Shown here: positions 11,028-27,663 of the stretch, one piece after another
Position numbering within the stretch: the stretch's first letter is position 1
Layout: each line of letters starts with the position of its first letter
From: Octopus vulgaris
Taxonomy: Eukaryota
Assembly (NCBI GenBank): GCA_951406725.2
Contig: OX597823.1
Span: 25,668,001-25,732,000, forward strand
Reading direction: 5' to 3'
Length of the DNA stretch: 64,000 bases
Position numbers and translations under genes: made by a program
Notes under the pieces: model-generated
Told to the model about the DNA's origin: nothing
Seen by the model: only the letters and a program-made list of their open reading frames with translations
The model's database searches: none

Positions 11028-11920
11028 TGTTTCTTTATTAGCCACACAGGGCTGCACACAGATAGAACAAATTACAAGGTAGAGCTTTTCTTTTGAAGGT
11101 TTAAAAAAAAAAAAAATAATAATAATAATAATAATAATAAAATAAAAAATAAAATCAAAAGGGATCGTAAAAGGAGAGAAAGAGGACAAAAAAGGGGGGG
11201 TTAAAAAAAAAGGGGGAGGAAAAAAAATTGATCAATAGGGATCGTTATCACAGAAATGTCAATATGAAGTGTAAAGGGGAGGACAGGTGAGGTTTACCCG
11301 TGGAAAGAAAAGCCTACGGAAAAGACCACGGTAACCTCAGTCAATGAAGTCACATGTTATATTTCTTTTTTTTTTTTTTGCAAATAAGCAACTCTCTGTA
11401 TTAATTTTTACGGTTCATAGAATCATAGTCAAGGTGGCTTCGTCATTCATACGTGCCATCCTTGCTACATTCACCCATCTTTTTTTAAAACATTCACTAG
11501 ACAAAACTTGCCTCTCTACTCTCACTTTTTTCTTCAAGTGATACTTGAAGAAGTTGATGAGAGATTGACCAGAGAGGAAAGTGTTTGTCTCTAATCCTTT
11601 CAGACGCGTCCACCAGATACATTCTTTCGCCATAGCCACAAGTATGATAAAAATAGCTCTTCCTTCCCGTTTGAAGGAAGGAGGCGTGACGATATTAACG
11701 ATAGACTCGGCGGATAAACCGACACGTCCCACACGTGACAGCAGTCGTTCGACATAAGCCCACAGGTGGGAAATTGCTGGACACTGCACGATTGCGTGCA
11801 GAGCGGTTTCGTCGCTCTGCCCGCATCTCGGGCAGGTCGGCCCCGTGTTTCTCGAGCCATGCCTATAGAGCTTATCCCGAACGGGTAGCGCTTCTCGGTA
11901 GCACCGCCAGGCCAGGGATC
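11028..11920 (-). mobile_element. Tx1-clade copy C, 5'-truncated (ORF2 C-terminus plus 3' UTR), third subfamily
   Basis: ORF 11415-11789 homologous to the B/D C-terminus; conserved 3' terminal motif GCCCTGTGTGGCTAATAAA. Confidence 0.9.
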
Positions 11921-11938
11921 AGATAGATAGATAGATAT

Positions 11939-11993
<55 letters not shown>
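11921..11993. repeat. (GATA)n tract between copies C and D
   Basis: Tetranucleotide run with one variant unit. Confidence 0.97.
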
Positions 11994-13360
<1,367 letters not shown>

Positions 13361-13525
13361 CTTTTTATTATAGCCACACAGGGCTAAACACAGAATAAAA
13401 ATGGACGAAATACAATGTAGAATTTTTTCTTTTCGAGGTGGTTTGGGTGGGGCAAGAAAAAAAAAAAAAAAAAAAAAACGTTTGATCAATAGGGATCTGT
13501 GGGTTGTGTGGTGTATAAAAAAGCA

Positions 13526-13556
<31 letters not shown>

Positions 13557-13672
13557 TCACAGTTTAGGTGTAGCCTTGGAAAGAAAAACCTACAAAAAAG
13601 ACCAAGGTCACCTCAGACAGTTCGAAAATGAACACATGAGTAAGTCGCCTTACTTCTCGTTGTCTCTTTTGG

Positions 13673-16600
13673 TTACAGATTTATGCTTAAAATAGTGTCG
13701 TCTTTCATACTGGCCATTTTTGCCACTTTTACCCACTTTTTATTAAAACATTCATTCGACAAAGCCTTCTCTCTATTCTCATCCTCCTTTTCAAGTGGTA
13801 CTTGAAAAAGTTGACGAGAGACTGACCAGAGAGGAAGGTGTTTGTTTGTAGTCCTTTCAAACGTGTCCACCACACACATTCTTTCGCCATAGCCATCAGC
13901 GTTTTCCCTTCTCGTTTAAAGGAAGGTGGTGGAACAATATAGATGATAGACTCGGCCGATAGGCAGGCCCGACCTACACGTGACAACAGCTGTTCGACGA
14001 AGGTCCACAGCTCTGAAATATCTGGACACTGCACGAGTGCGTGCAGAACGGTTTCGTCGCTCTGATCGCATCTCGGGCAGGTCGGTCCGGTGATGGTTTT
14101 CGAACCGTGTCTGTAGCTCTTCTCTCGAACAGGTAGTGCGTCTCGATAGCACTGCCAAGCCAGGGATTTCTGGAAGTTATCCATAGGCCCCGGCCAGAAC
14201 GTCGTCCTGAACAGGCGGGTTAGGAATTTCTCGTCGACGCCCAGGTTTGCCCCGAGTGTGTCGTCGACCTCCCCTCCACTAGTCCTCTATAGAACGCTTT
14301 AGTCGTTTGTAAGTTGCACAAGTTTGACCCCGGTCGGCAGAGCTGCTGTAGAGCTTGGCGACACTCTCGGTGCCAATCGCCCAGTTTCGGTCTCTTCTTG
14401 ATCCACGTTTGCAGTTCGGTCAGTGAGACGAGCTGCGGGAAGGCGCGCCTCACAAACGGCGCCCACACCTGTTCACCGTCGTCGATGAAGTTCCAGAGAT
14501 GTCGCAGTCTCAGCGCATGCCTGCGCATCATCAACCATGGCATGCCCAGTCTTCCATTCAACGGATGTTGACAGCAAATGGACTTCCTCACCATCGGAAC
14601 GCCACTCTTCCACAGGAAGCGGAAGAGTATGCGTTCCAGTTTGGTGATGGTGGCGTCGGGACAAGGTACGACGGTCAGGCGGTAATCGATGACGGATGCG
14701 ATGTACGCGTTCGCCACCTCCGCCCGGCCTTTTAGAGACAGCTTTCTCTCGGCCCATGTTTGGCTGAGAGCGACCACTCTATTCGTGATCTCGTCCCAGT
14801 TCTTATCCATTTGGAGGTCCGGACTGAACCAGACCCCGAGCAATTTAACCGGTCCGTTCGTCCAGCGTCCCACTACTGAGCCGCAGTCGGACGGCATGGG
14901 CTTGCTTCTCCAGGTGCCGAGTAGCAAACCCACTGACTTTTCCGGGTTAATCTTCGCTCCCGTCACCGTTTCGTATTTTCTTAGTGTCTCGCCTATCATC
15001 TGGATGTGTTTGTCGCTCGACACTATGACGGTGACATCGTCCGCATATGCCGACACGCTCGTCCCGCAACCCAGTTCCCGTGGGATGCCCCTCAGTGTCG
15101 CCAGCTTCCGCAGTAGCGGCTCGAGAGTCAATACATACAGAAGCGAGGGGACACCCCTGACGGACCGATAGCTTGATGTCAAACGGTTTCGACAGGTGAC
15201 CGTTCACCTGAATCACCGATCGGATGCCGCTATACAAGGCAGCGATCCAACCGCGGAAGACGGGACCGAAGCCAGCCGCCCTGAGGACGGCCGCCAAGTA
15301 CCGATGGTCGACCCTATCGAAGGCTTTAGACTGATCCAAATTGATCAGCGCCCCACCCATGCCAGGATGATTAACTACCCTGTCCACAATGTAGCGCATC
15401 AGATGGAGGTTGTCATGTATGGTTCTGCCCGGCACGGCGCATGTTTGCGCCCTGTCGACCAGTTTACCAATGACAAGCGCCAACCTCTCGGCTATTACTT
15501 TGGCCATAATTTTCAAATCTGCGTTGAGCAGAGTGATGGGCCTGAAATTATCTATAAAATTCCCCTTGTTTGGGTCTTTCTTTAGCAAAGTCACTGCACC
15601 TCGGCTCACGAAACCGGGGATTCTCCCGTTTTGTTGCCAGTTGCAGTAGACTGATGCCAAGAGGTCGCCAAACAAGTCTGGCATTTGACAATACAGCTCG
15701 TAGGGTAAACCATCCAATCCAGGCGACTTATTCCTCGCGCAGCCTGCCATCGCATCCCGCACGTCAGCGGCTGTGATGAGACTTTCACAACACTCCGCTT
15801 CTCTTGCAGGTCGGTCAGGTAGGCACTGAAATCCATCCCGCGTTCCGACCCACCACTCGCACCAAACAGTCGAGCAAAGTGCTGTTGAAAGGCCTCACAC
15901 ATCCTTTCGGGTTCGAGTAAACTGCATCCCTGTTGATCTATTAGAGACCGAATGGTGGCTCTGTTGCCACGCTGCGCCTCCGCTACCCGGGCCTCTCACG
16001 CAGCTTCGATCCCTTCGTTCCTTAAGGCACGCATTTTAGCTCTGACGACGCAACCTTCGTGCTTGGCGTTGAGGTGTTGGTCGAGGGCCATCCTCGCAGC
16101 CAGCACGTTGGTTGCTCTGCCAGTGGTAAGTGCCTCTTCTAGTTTCTTAACCAGGTCTCCCTCTACTCTATTTCGATCTATCGCTAATTCCTTGCTAAAC
16201 CTAATTGATTCCGATTTTATTGCCATTTTCAGGGCGTACCACCAGCGGTTGTTAACGACGGCTCCCGTCAGCGCCCTCTTAATTAACTCGCTAATCCGGT
16301 TCCTGTAAACCTGTCGCGCTAAGAGCGACATGTTCAGTTTCCAGTAATCGGGACCCTGTCTATGTGTCTTATCTAAGTCGAGCGTACACGTCACAAATTT
16401 GTGATCTGTGTAGCTGACTATTTTAAATTGTGGACATCCTACACTATCCCTATCCGCTGTCCTGCATAGAATTCTATCTAGATAAGATCTCGACGATCCG
16501 ACGCGGTTTGTCCAAGTCCACGTTGGCACGTTCGGATGGTCGAGTCGGAACCTGTCAGACAAATGGAAACGTCTGAGTAGGTCTTTGAGGCACTTACACC

Positions 16601-17081
16601 CCCTTCTATTCCTATCCATTCCCACATAATCTAGATGCGTGTCCAAGGTAGCGTTCCAATCCCCTACTAACAGTAAAGGTCTAGACGTACCCAGGAAAAC
16701 CTCTAGACGTCTGAAGAAATCCGCCCGACCCGTTAAGGACGGTGCATAAACTGCCATCAGACGGAATGCACACCCATTTCTGCCATCCACGTCCAAGAAA
16801 ACCAGCCTACCCTCCGGGTCTAGGAATATTGTTCTTACTTTTACATTTAGACTCTTTCGAAAAAGCACTGCGGTACCTCCACCACCCATGTTCGGCAGAC
16901 AAGGAGAAAAATAAATGTCAAATTGATCGCCAAACATGGACGCGAGGGCCCGCGGCTTGCTGAGTCTAGTTTCACTGATAGCTACTATATCCACGTTCAG
17001 TGACTTGATGTCGTTTAGAAGGTAACCTTGCTTCCAAGCCGACGCCAAGCCACGCGCATTCACGCAACCTAATTTAAGCAT
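13673..17081 (-). pseudogene. Copy E ORF2 (APE-RT-zinc finger), several stops and frameshifts
   Basis: Pieces 15996-17081, 14947-15762, 14220-15182, 13729-14184 and 13673-13879. Confidence 0.9.
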
Positions 17082-17147
17082 AATTGACGTTTACGAAAAT
17101 TGTGTTTCACACACTACATTGGAAGAGACAAGAGGCAAGAGGGAAGG

Positions 17148-18904
17148 TCACTTACTCATTTTGAAAGTTTCATTTTTTTCTTCTTTTGTAGTGTCTTTGA
17201 TGAGGTGTTTGTATAGTTTTTTGGAGAGGTATCGTTGAAACCCGCCTACCGCATTTGGAAATATTGTTTTCAGTGTTTGTGTTATGTGTACAATTCTTAT
17301 ATGTTTCGGTGGTGTGGTGCGCGGATGATTGTTTGTCTTAAAGTCATCTTCACAGATGTCCGTGTTGGATGCAATGTAATCCATTAATTTTTTTATTGTC
17401 TGTGTCTATTGCAGTTAGTTGTGTGTGTGGTTTTGCGGGTTCATTGATTTTTTGATTGTCTAGGGGGATGCTGTCCGGAGTTAAATATCTCCCTGCTTTA
17501 CTTCCTTGTTTGGTGGTTTTTTATCTTTTCCTTTTACCCCCTGTGGCTATTTGCCATTCCGTCGAACTTTCGTCGTCCGACGAATCAGAAGGAGGTAAAG
17601 GCAAAGCATTTGCGTTAATATGTATGCTTGTAGAAATTGTTGATGTTTTGTGCGGTGTTTGTGTTGTTGTGGTGTTAGGGGTAGAATTTGTCTTCTTGTC
17701 ACTGTTTTCTGTCTTTTTAATTGTCGTCCTCGGTATTGGTGTTGGTCTATCTTTTGGTTCTGCATGCTGAATTGTTTGCGGCGTCAACAGTGATTGTGTT
17801 GGTACTGTTTCTTTTCTTGGTGATGTTGTTGGGGTTTGTTTGCTGGTTTGTTGTTTTTCTTGGCATTGTTCCATAATTGAATGTGTTGGTGTTGGTGTTG
17901 GTGTTGGCAACAAAGGTTTTTTTATTTGTTTTCTGATTTGTTCTTTCTTGTTTTTTCTGTGCCAGAGCGCACTTGGCAATTAAATGTTCTGGGCTGTCAC
18001 AGTTGTAGCATCTAGGCTTTTTGCCTTCTGCTACAACATATAGGCTTTGCCCATTTTCTAAGTGGATCCTATCAGGTAGGTTCTCGATAGAGGACCCCTC
18101 AATCTGGATGGTCACTACTATTGTTTTTCTACCCCAATTGTCGTTTCTGTATACGGCAATCTCTAAAATATTTATATTTTTCAAATGGTAACAGATTGCC
18201 CCTGTTATCCATTTGTTAGGAATCTCGGGGGGTACATTTTAATAGTAATTCTACTCACTCTCTGGCCTTTGTAATAAGGTACCATGATGATTTCCTCATT
18301 TTGCAAAGACTCCGTAGAGTGAGCTTTTGCCATTTCCTGGTTAGGGAAGCGGACCACCACTGTATTAAACTGGGGACCCCAGTTTATATATTCTTTTTTT
18401 TTTCATTATGCTTTTTAAACACTTTTCTATGTCCGTTTTTGTAATCTGTTCATTTTGTTTTTTGTTTTTTCTTATAATTTTATATATAATTGTCTTATTT
18501 TCTATTTGTTCCTTTATGTGTTGAGGTGTATGCAGCACTAAATCCTGCCCTTGGGTTGTAAAGAGTGCTCTCGTTTCTATTAACTCTTCATTCGTAAATT
18601 TTACTATTTCTTTTTTCTGACGCAGAGTGTCAGCGAAATTTACTGGTGTTGTTGATTCTTTTATATTAACGTCTTCACTATGAGATAGTAAGATATTTAT
18701 TTCATTTTTATTGTTGTTCTTGTTGTTGTTGTTGTTTTTGTTAATAGTATTCGCGTGAGTTTCATTTTTATCATTTATGTTGGTCGTGGTGGTGGTGGTG
18801 GTGGTGGTGAAGGTGGTGGTGGTAGCAGTAGTAGTCTCGTTGTTGTTGTTAGTGGTGGTGGTGGTGGTGACAGGGCTGTTACCGCAAGTGGTTGCAGCGT
18901 TCAC
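17148..18904 (-). pseudogene. Copy E ORF1, frameshifted, with CCHC knuckle
   Basis: Pieces 18365-18904, 17747-18184 (CYNCDSPEHLIAKC), 17521-17979 and 17148-17384; homologous to copy A ORF1. Confidence 0.87.
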
Positions 18905-19225
18905 TACACCACGTCATTCAGGTTTGCACTTTGCGTGCATAAGTTCTTTTTTTGTCCTAGCGTTTCCAATCTAGGAAAATGCTGGTCCATAAAGGAACCA
19001 GCGTTCTACAATAACATTTCTCGACATTTTTTAATGTCGAGAAGAAAAATACACAAATTAAATAGGGTTGAAACTGCCCCTAGAGGCGAATTCCTCCCTT
19101 GGAAAAGCACTCAAACGAAAGTTGGGTGCCTTACATACCTTATTTACAAAAATGTACACAAAATATGGGCTATAAATAGTCAAAATAAACGATTACCTTC
19201 GGAGCCGAGGTTGACAACACGTCCG

Positions 19226-19226
<1 letters not shown>

Positions 19227-19299
<73 letters not shown>
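19227..19299. repeat. (GATA)n tract between copies E and F
   Basis: Perfect run. Confidence 0.98.
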
Positions 19300-19935
<636 letters not shown>

Positions 19936-20434
19936 AGAAACAAAGAGAGAGAAAGGGAGAGGGCAAGAGATAAAATATAAGCTACAGGCAGAAAAGAAAA
20001 GGAAACAAATATTTTAATGTTATTTTTATATGTGTGTTGTAATGTATGTGTGTGTGTGTATCTGTCTCTCTATCTGTTTGTATATACGGGTGCATATATG
20101 CATGGGATTGCATTATATTAAAGGAATACCTGCCCTACACATCTGCATGTGCTGTAGGTGGGCAACAGTTGGTTGAAACGTCATTGGTAGTACATGAGTA
20201 AAAGCAAACACATGCAGTTTTCTAGGATAAAATTGCTGTCACAAATACCAATACCGTAATTATTATCAAGAGTTTTCTCAATTATTAAAATCTGCCATTA
20301 GCCATGTAATTTTCAGAAACCACCAAATTAAAATTCATGTTAGATAATTTTATACAGGGCTTTGTTCGAACCTGTTACCCATTTCCCCTGCATATGTTTA
20401 TGAACATAAAACATGCGTATAAGCACACACACAT

Positions 20435-20476
<42 letters not shown>

Positions 20477-20599
20477 TCATGTGCTTTGAGACATCTGTAA
20501 ATAACTGGATTGTAGTGATATATCCTTTTGTAATACATATACCTCTCTCTTTGTGTGTGTTTGTGAAGTCATCTCAGTATGTATATATGTGTATAGTCT

Positions 20600-21700
20600 T
20601 CATCATCATTACCATCATCATTGTTTAACGTCTGCCTTCCATACTGGCATGGGTGGGATTGTTTGACAGGAGCCATCCAGGCAGAAGTCTGCACTAGACT
20701 TCTGTGATTGTTTTGGCAGGATTTTTACAGCTGGGTGCCCTTCCTAACACCAACCACCCAGCAGAGTGAACTTAGTGCTTTTTTGCATGGCACAAGCACA
20801 GGTAAGGTCAGTTTTGGCAAGGTTTTTACAGCTGGATTCCCTTCCATATGCCAACCACTTTACAGTGAGAACTGGATACTTTTTAAGTGGCACCTGCAAC
20901 TGACAGAGTCACCAAGTAACCTGCAAGACAAAAATGTTTTGAGAGGAGACAGGGCATTGGAAGAGATGATCTTTTATCAGATGATGACAGGCTATGATGA
21001 GACAGAAACATGTGTCTTGCTGTAGAGGAGATACACAGTTACAGAGAGAGAGAGAGAGAGAGGGAGAGAGTGGAGAGAGAGGGGAAAGAGAGAGTGTGTG
21101 AGAGAGAGAGAGAGAGAGCAGAAATGAGGAGAGAAACAGGTGCGTTGCTGCGAAAAAGATACATGGTTACCTGAGCTGAGGGAAGTGCAGGAGAAGGAGA
21201 GAGAGGGGAGACATCAGGACAGAGATGATGGCAAAGTGCCAGGCATACTCACATATATTCTAATATTGAACAGTGAGAATAAGTGCTCAACACTGTATTT
21301 CATCATCGTCGTTTAACATATGTTTTCCATACTGGCATGAGTTGGACGGTTTGATACGGAGCTGGCCAACCAGGGAGCGGTCCAGACTCCAACTGTCAAG
21401 TGTGGCATTGCTTCTACAGTTGGATGTCCTTCCTAATGCCAACCACTTTACAGAATATGCTGGGTGCTTTTTACATGCCACCAGCTTGGGGGCATTTATA
21501 CAGCACTGGCACCAGTGCATTTTTTGTGACACTGGCACTTGCAAGGACAAGCCTGTATGTATGGATGACAGCAATTTTACTTAGCTTGATGTATCTTTTC
21601 AAGTACAGCAAATCATCACAACTACTAGTCCCTTGTCATTTCCTCAATGAGGCCCAGTGTCCGAAGATCCTTTCTCACCACTTTGTCCCACATCCACCTG
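20600..21700 (-). mobile_element. Old LINE-derived dispersed repeats (two related 3'-end copies starting near 20600 and 21300)
   Basis: Both begin (CAT)n-gtttaac..ttccatactggcatg; a third related copy lies at 23433. Confidence 0.55.
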
Positions 21701-21859
21701 ATTTCTTATTCCATTCAAATTTTGACCTGCTATAATCACTGATTATATTTTTTCACTTCATTATATATTCTACAATGTTTTTGTTCACATACACACATGC
21801 ATACATCCATATTGCCAACTTACATATATTCACATATATATATATATTCTTTTCTAAGA

Positions 21860-22057
21860 CACAAGGCCTGAAATTTTTGGGGAGGGGGGGCAGTCAATTA
21901 GATCAACCCCAGTACCCAACTAGTAATTAATTCACCAACCCCGAAAGGATGAATGGCAAAGTCGACCTCAGCAGAATTTTAACTGATAATGTAAAAACAG
22001 ACAAAATACCGCTAAACATTTTGCTCGGCAGGATAGCACTTCTGCCAGCTCACCGCC
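21860..22057 (-). mobile_element. tRNA-derived SINE copy
   Basis: Minus-strand head GGCGGTGAGCTGG (A-box-like); the core aaggatgaatggcaaagtcgacctc recurs near 47.2 and 47.5 kb. Confidence 0.65.
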
Positions 22058-22061
22058 TTAT

Positions 22062-22187
<126 letters not shown>

Positions 22188-23432
22188 AAACATATATACA
22201 ATTTACAACTACACAAATACAAATGTTCTAACACACATGCACACACAAAATATACCCTCACTCCCACATCTATACTCCTCCACAAGTACAGAGGCCCGCA
22301 CATCCTACATAGAGTTACTGTTGCTGGTGTTGTTTAACCCTCAGCGAGCCTTAACTGAACAGACCTATGATCAAAAGCATTCCAACCATGACCATTTTAT
22401 CTTTTTCCTGAGGGAGACAGGGGCACAATATTTTATCCTTTCCTGAAACAATAATGAGTGATTTGAAAAATATTTGGATGCTATTTTTAGCAGATTGAGT
22501 AACCACCTAGAAGCTTCTTTGTTAAAGCTTTACCACACATGGTGGTTAAATATTCAAAAGATCAATGGCTTTTGGCAATTATTTCCAGATGGCTTTTTAA
22601 AAACCATCTGGAAATAATTTGTTTAACTAAAATCTTAAAATAATGAAATTCTAAAAATACAACAATATTTAGCAAAAAACAAAATGAACATCCTGAAACA
22701 CAACAATATTCTAAAGATATATCTGTTAATTATTTCATGCACATGCATGCAAACACACACACATACACACATAAATATATATACACTTACAGACATACAC
22801 ACAGACCTATATAGACACTTGATAAAAGAATCAGTAATAGAGTACACATGAACAAGAGACTTTTCTAAAGTATGTGCTCTGGCTAATAATCTTTTAACCT
22901 ATGAGGGATTAACTATGATGTCAAGTGGAAAATCCTTTCCAAAGCCAAACCCTATAAGAACGGGTCAAAAAGATGTTCAATATGTTCTCTCAAAAACTAT
23001 ATCTTTTAAAGAACTAAAGACCCTCCAATGACTATGTAAATTCCAGGAATGAGATTTTTTCTTTATGTCCACACTTAAAAGAATGTATCTCGGTGCAATT
23101 TGAAGATAAACCACCAGACATCTTCAGCCATTCCCATCTGGTTTACGTATTTTTGACATATGTACATTGTAACGTTGGTTATCTCCCCTGTGTTTTCCTA
23201 TTTGTTTCTTTATGTTTTCTTCCTTGTGAGTGTTCTTTGTTCAAATATCTCCTGCTTTGAGCACAACTGACAAACTGTCTTGTTTATATCAACTTGAAAA
23301 ATGGCAAAATAGATTTCTTTCAACCAAGAAACCCTGGGTGACTGTATTTCACAAGACTTGAAAATTTTCATTATAGCATTAGCTTTACTCTCTTACTTGA
23401 CCTTCTACTTGTTGAAGCCTCATCAAACATAA

Positions 23433-23950
23433 TCATCATCATCATCATCACCCTCATTGTTTAACATCTGCCTTTCATACTGGTATGAGCTGGACAGGCT
23501 GACAGAAGTTGGTCAGGCAGGGGCCTGTGCCTGACATCTGTGTCTGTTTTGGCACACTTTTTAAAGCTGGTTGCCCTTCTTAACACCAACCATCCAGCAG
23601 AGTGGGCAGAGTGCTTTTTGCGTGGCACAAGCACAGACAAGGTGTGGACTGAATGTTTTTTGAAAAGCACCAACACTGGCAGGGTCACCAAATAACTTGC
23701 AAGGCAAAGATCTTTTGAGAGGAGAGAAAGCATTGACGGAGGAAGACAAAGACCCTTTGAGAGGAGGGGGAACTGGTGGAGGTAATCTTGTGTCAGATGA
23801 TGAACGGTTTGAGTGTGATGGAAAGACAGAGAGTGAGAAACAGGGGTCTTCTTGTAGAGGATGTATATAGTTACCTGGAGATAGAGAGAGGTCAAGAACA
23901 AGGACAGAAACAGGTGTGCTACTGTAAAGGAGATACATGACTATCCAGCC
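23433..23950 (-). mobile_element. Third copy of the (CAT)n-tailed LINE-derived repeat
   Basis: Similar to 20600-21050. Confidence 0.55.
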
Positions 23951-24489
23951 TGATTGAAGAGCAAGAGAAAGATAGAGAGAATGGGAGATAGCAAGTGTGC
24001 AAGAGAGAACAGGAGAGAGATGGTGGTGAAGTGCCAAGGCATACTCACAAGGAATGGGGATCAGATTATAAATGAGATGATACAGTTCTATATTTTAGAG
24101 ATGAGAAATTATGTACATTATTTACATTTGATGGATATTTGTCCTCATCTTGTTTGTTGTTAACACAAATGAGATGGTAAGGTAAAGGAAGAGAGAGATA
24201 GGCTGTGGCAAGTGCCAGGGCATAACGTAAAGGTATGGAGGTCATAATATAAGTGGCAGGGTATTGCCAAAGAAGCATAAGGGCCAAGAGTAGTGCAGTG
24301 ACTGGTGAAAACCTGGGATGGCAAATGTACAGTGAGCAGGGCCGTGAGGAGAGGATTGGGGAGTGAGAGGTAAGCCTAGTGCATGAAAGAGGAAATGTGA
24401 GGAAGAGATATAGTTTGGTTTGTTGGGGTAGCGTGTGTGGAAAGTTTTATAGTTGCATGTGAGTGGAACACACAGTGCTTCTAGAACTC

Positions 24490-24850
24490 AGTCTCGCTTC
24501 TTAAGAACCTCATATCACCTGACATCTTGATCCAATGTCATTTCCTCTGTGAAGCCCAACGCCCAGAGATCGGTCCCCACCACTTCATTCTATGTCTTCC
24601 TGGGTCTCCCTCTTCCACAGGCACCATCCACTTTCAGTGAGCAACATTTCTTTATACAGCTGTCTTCATTCATATGCATCACATGTCCAAAGCAATGTAA
24701 TCTTCTCTCTTGTATACTGCATTTGATTTCTCTTATGCCCAACTTTTATCTCAAGACATTTTCACTTTGTTGTACATGTGCAATAATGTTGCACATCCAA
24801 CAGAGCATACAACATTCATTTCTCTCTAGTCGATGCATGTCTTCTGCATT
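24490..24850 (-). mobile_element. Decayed RTE-type LINE 3' coding fragment
   Basis: Minus strand reads ...FGHV.HM...CGRGRPRKT, typical of RTE C-termini. Confidence 0.5.
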
Positions 24851-26207
24851 CCTGTGTGATCTTAGTGCTTATTGTTCCTGCACCTCTGCCACAGAAGACA
24901 CAGAAGACACAGAATAACAAATACAACCCAGCAGGATTACTGATAAACAACTGTAATTACTGGAAGATCTACTACTTTCTGTGAGTAATTTGAATTTCCC
25001 TCAAAATAAGTTAAAGAATTCCAAACCTACAGTTTGGGACAAAAATTTTAGAATCATAAATATCTCCATTTTTGTGTGAACATTTTGCCGTCACCTCTTC
25101 CTTGAGTATCAGATTATGTAAAATGCCTTTATTGTAACAACACAATTAAATGCACGCTAAAAGTATGACACCACAATTAAATGCACGCGAAAAGTATGGA
25201 CGTAAACACCAGCTAACCTTTATCTTCTTCTTGACATACCTTTTATTGCAATTGCATTATTAAACACGCGGAGAATAAGAAGAAAAAAAAAGAAAAAGAA
25301 AAGAAAAATACTATTTATAGTTTTGCTCTGCTCGTACATGACTCTATTCACAAGTACTGCTTATAGTCGGCCCCTCCTTTGATTTTTCTCAAAGTCAAGG
25401 TCACTGTTTCACAAGTTCCATCAACACTGTTGCGGTCAATTTGAACTCTATTTGACCGACCGTTCTTCATCACACTTCATGAGCTATTTACTACTGCTGC
25501 TATCAGAATTTACTGCAGTTACTACTATCGCTACAATTAGAAACATTCAAGTTCACGATGAAACCGAAATATCTTTCTCCGGGTCTGAAGTATACCGGTG
25601 GCACCAACGAAAAATCCCTTTCTTTCTCTGTGCTGGGAGAAAAGAGAATTTACTATAAAAACAAACCCCCAGCCCTCCCTCCAACGTATAATTTACTTTA
25701 AAAAGAAATACTTTAAAAGGGAAAAACGTGAGAATAAAAAAGAAAAATTAATAATCTAATTTAACAATAGACAAAAACATGTGCCTTCTCGCACATAAAC
25801 ACAGTATTCAAACATGCGCAGATGCAATTATTGAAGTACTAAATGGCACGTCAAGTGATATTTAATCGTGTGGAACATGTTACATGCATATCAATATTCT
25901 AAAGTTTGGACATACTATCCCTTATCCTAAAGCTGCTTCAGACAATTAGGAAGGGTTCCCGACTCGTTGCACCGTCTGCTTTCAATCTTGGATTGTGATT
26001 CGGCTCAGCCCAAACTCTCTCAGTTTTAGTCTGCTGTTGCCTACTCCTATGCTTTCAATCTTGGATTGTGATTCGGCTCAGCCCAAACTCTCTCAGTTTT
26101 AGTCTGCTGTTGCCTACTCCTACAGGGATTGCACCTGTTTTTGTTCCTGATTTAACCCCGATTTGTCCTAGAGCCCATAGAGGATTGTTTTTAGTCAACC
26201 ATCCATC

Positions 26208-27660
26208 ATGTCAGCTACCTACGCATCGAAACTGAGATCTGCAAGTAGGGCTTCTCATCAAGATGATGGTCCTACCAACAGTCAACTCAACGAACAGTTG
26301 CTGTTGCTCAAACAAGAGGTTGAGCACCTAAAGTCTGTTGTTGCTCTCTTACTGAATAAACAGTCTCCTGTTGACGCAGAGTCACCCTTGATTTCTTCCC
26401 TGGAGACGTCCAAACCGAAGAGAACAAAATCGAGGCGGCCAAAGAAGGCGAAGGAACCGGCAGTCGTTTCTGCACATGATCGTTCCCGTGCGGATTCTTC
26501 CTCATCTGCCTTTTCGGTCCCGGAGGTTCCCCAACCTAATTTGAGGAGCGTAGACTCAAACCCACTTGAAGACCGTTGTTCTCCCCAAATGAAGAAACGT
26601 CGTCAAAACTCCAGTGGGGCGGATTTAGCTATGAAACCTGACCACGATAAACGGTCTCCTGTTGACGCAGAGTCACCCTTGATTTCTTCCCTGGAGACGT
26701 CCAAACCGAAGGGAACAAAATCGAAGCGACCAAAGAAGGCGAAGGAACCGGCGGTCGTTCCTGCACATGATCGTTCCTGTGCGGATTCTTCCTCATCTGC
26801 CTTTTCGGTCCCGGAGGTTCCCCAACCTAGTTCGAGGAGCGTAGACTCAAACCCACCTGAAGACCGTTGTTCTCCCCAAAAGAAGAAACGTAGTCAAAAC
26901 TCCAGAGGGGCAGATTTGGCTATGAAACCTGATCACGATAAAATCTGTTTGGATTCTCCTTCACTTGTCCTTCCCATTAATGCCATTGCTCAACCAATTC
27001 TGAACGATCTCGATGTGGGTTCATCTGGGGAGTGGTGCTCCCCAAACCGAAGAAGAGGCAGTGCAGTTCCAAACCACGCGGGAAAATTATGACCACTAAA
27101 TCCATTCCGATCGACCCCACAGGCCGACATAAGTCCGATGGCTATGAAACCACTCTTTCGAAATCCTCCAACGAAGAATCGAATACCGCAGCTCATAGTA
27201 GAGAACTTTTTGCCCACTCAAGATCGGCAATAATATATGGCAAAGCGGAATCCACCTGTGATACAGGCATAAACCGCCTAAAAGATGACATTAATTTTGT
27301 TTCCATTTTGGTTGGAAAATTGTTCTCTGTGAACGAAAATGTCAGTGTTCTTAAGGTCGCTCGGCTAGGAAGATTCCAAGCGAACCCAACCGCAGATACT
27401 AGACCACGCCCAATAAGGGTAATCTTTTCTTCTGATCGGGAGGCTTCAGTCTTTCTGAACAGAGCTCAGACGCATGCCTGGGAGGACCCCAATATGGGTT
27501 TTCGCGAGGAATACTCACTAAGAGAGAGAATTCGCCGGAGGAACCTGATATCCGAGCTAAAGATGAGGAAATAAATGGGAGAGAAGGGTTTACGAATCCA
27601 AGATGGACAGATAATCAAGTCCTACCTCTGGTCCCATGCTGTAGTGCTGACAGGGAAAGT
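26208..27660 (+). pseudogene. CR1-type ORF1 with a 97-aa internal tandem duplication, a frameshift near 27090 and a stop at 27572
   Basis: ORFs 26208-27092 and 27032-27574; the RLGR...RPRPIRV motif is typical of CR1/L2 ORF1; short coiled-coil-like N-terminus. Confidence 0.7.
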
Positions 27661-27663
27661 GAT

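Noticed and set aside
22577-25200. Small palindrome at ~22577-22619 and a short direct repeat at ~25140-25198
   Set aside because: Short, AT-rich and without supporting context; plausibly chance or slippage.
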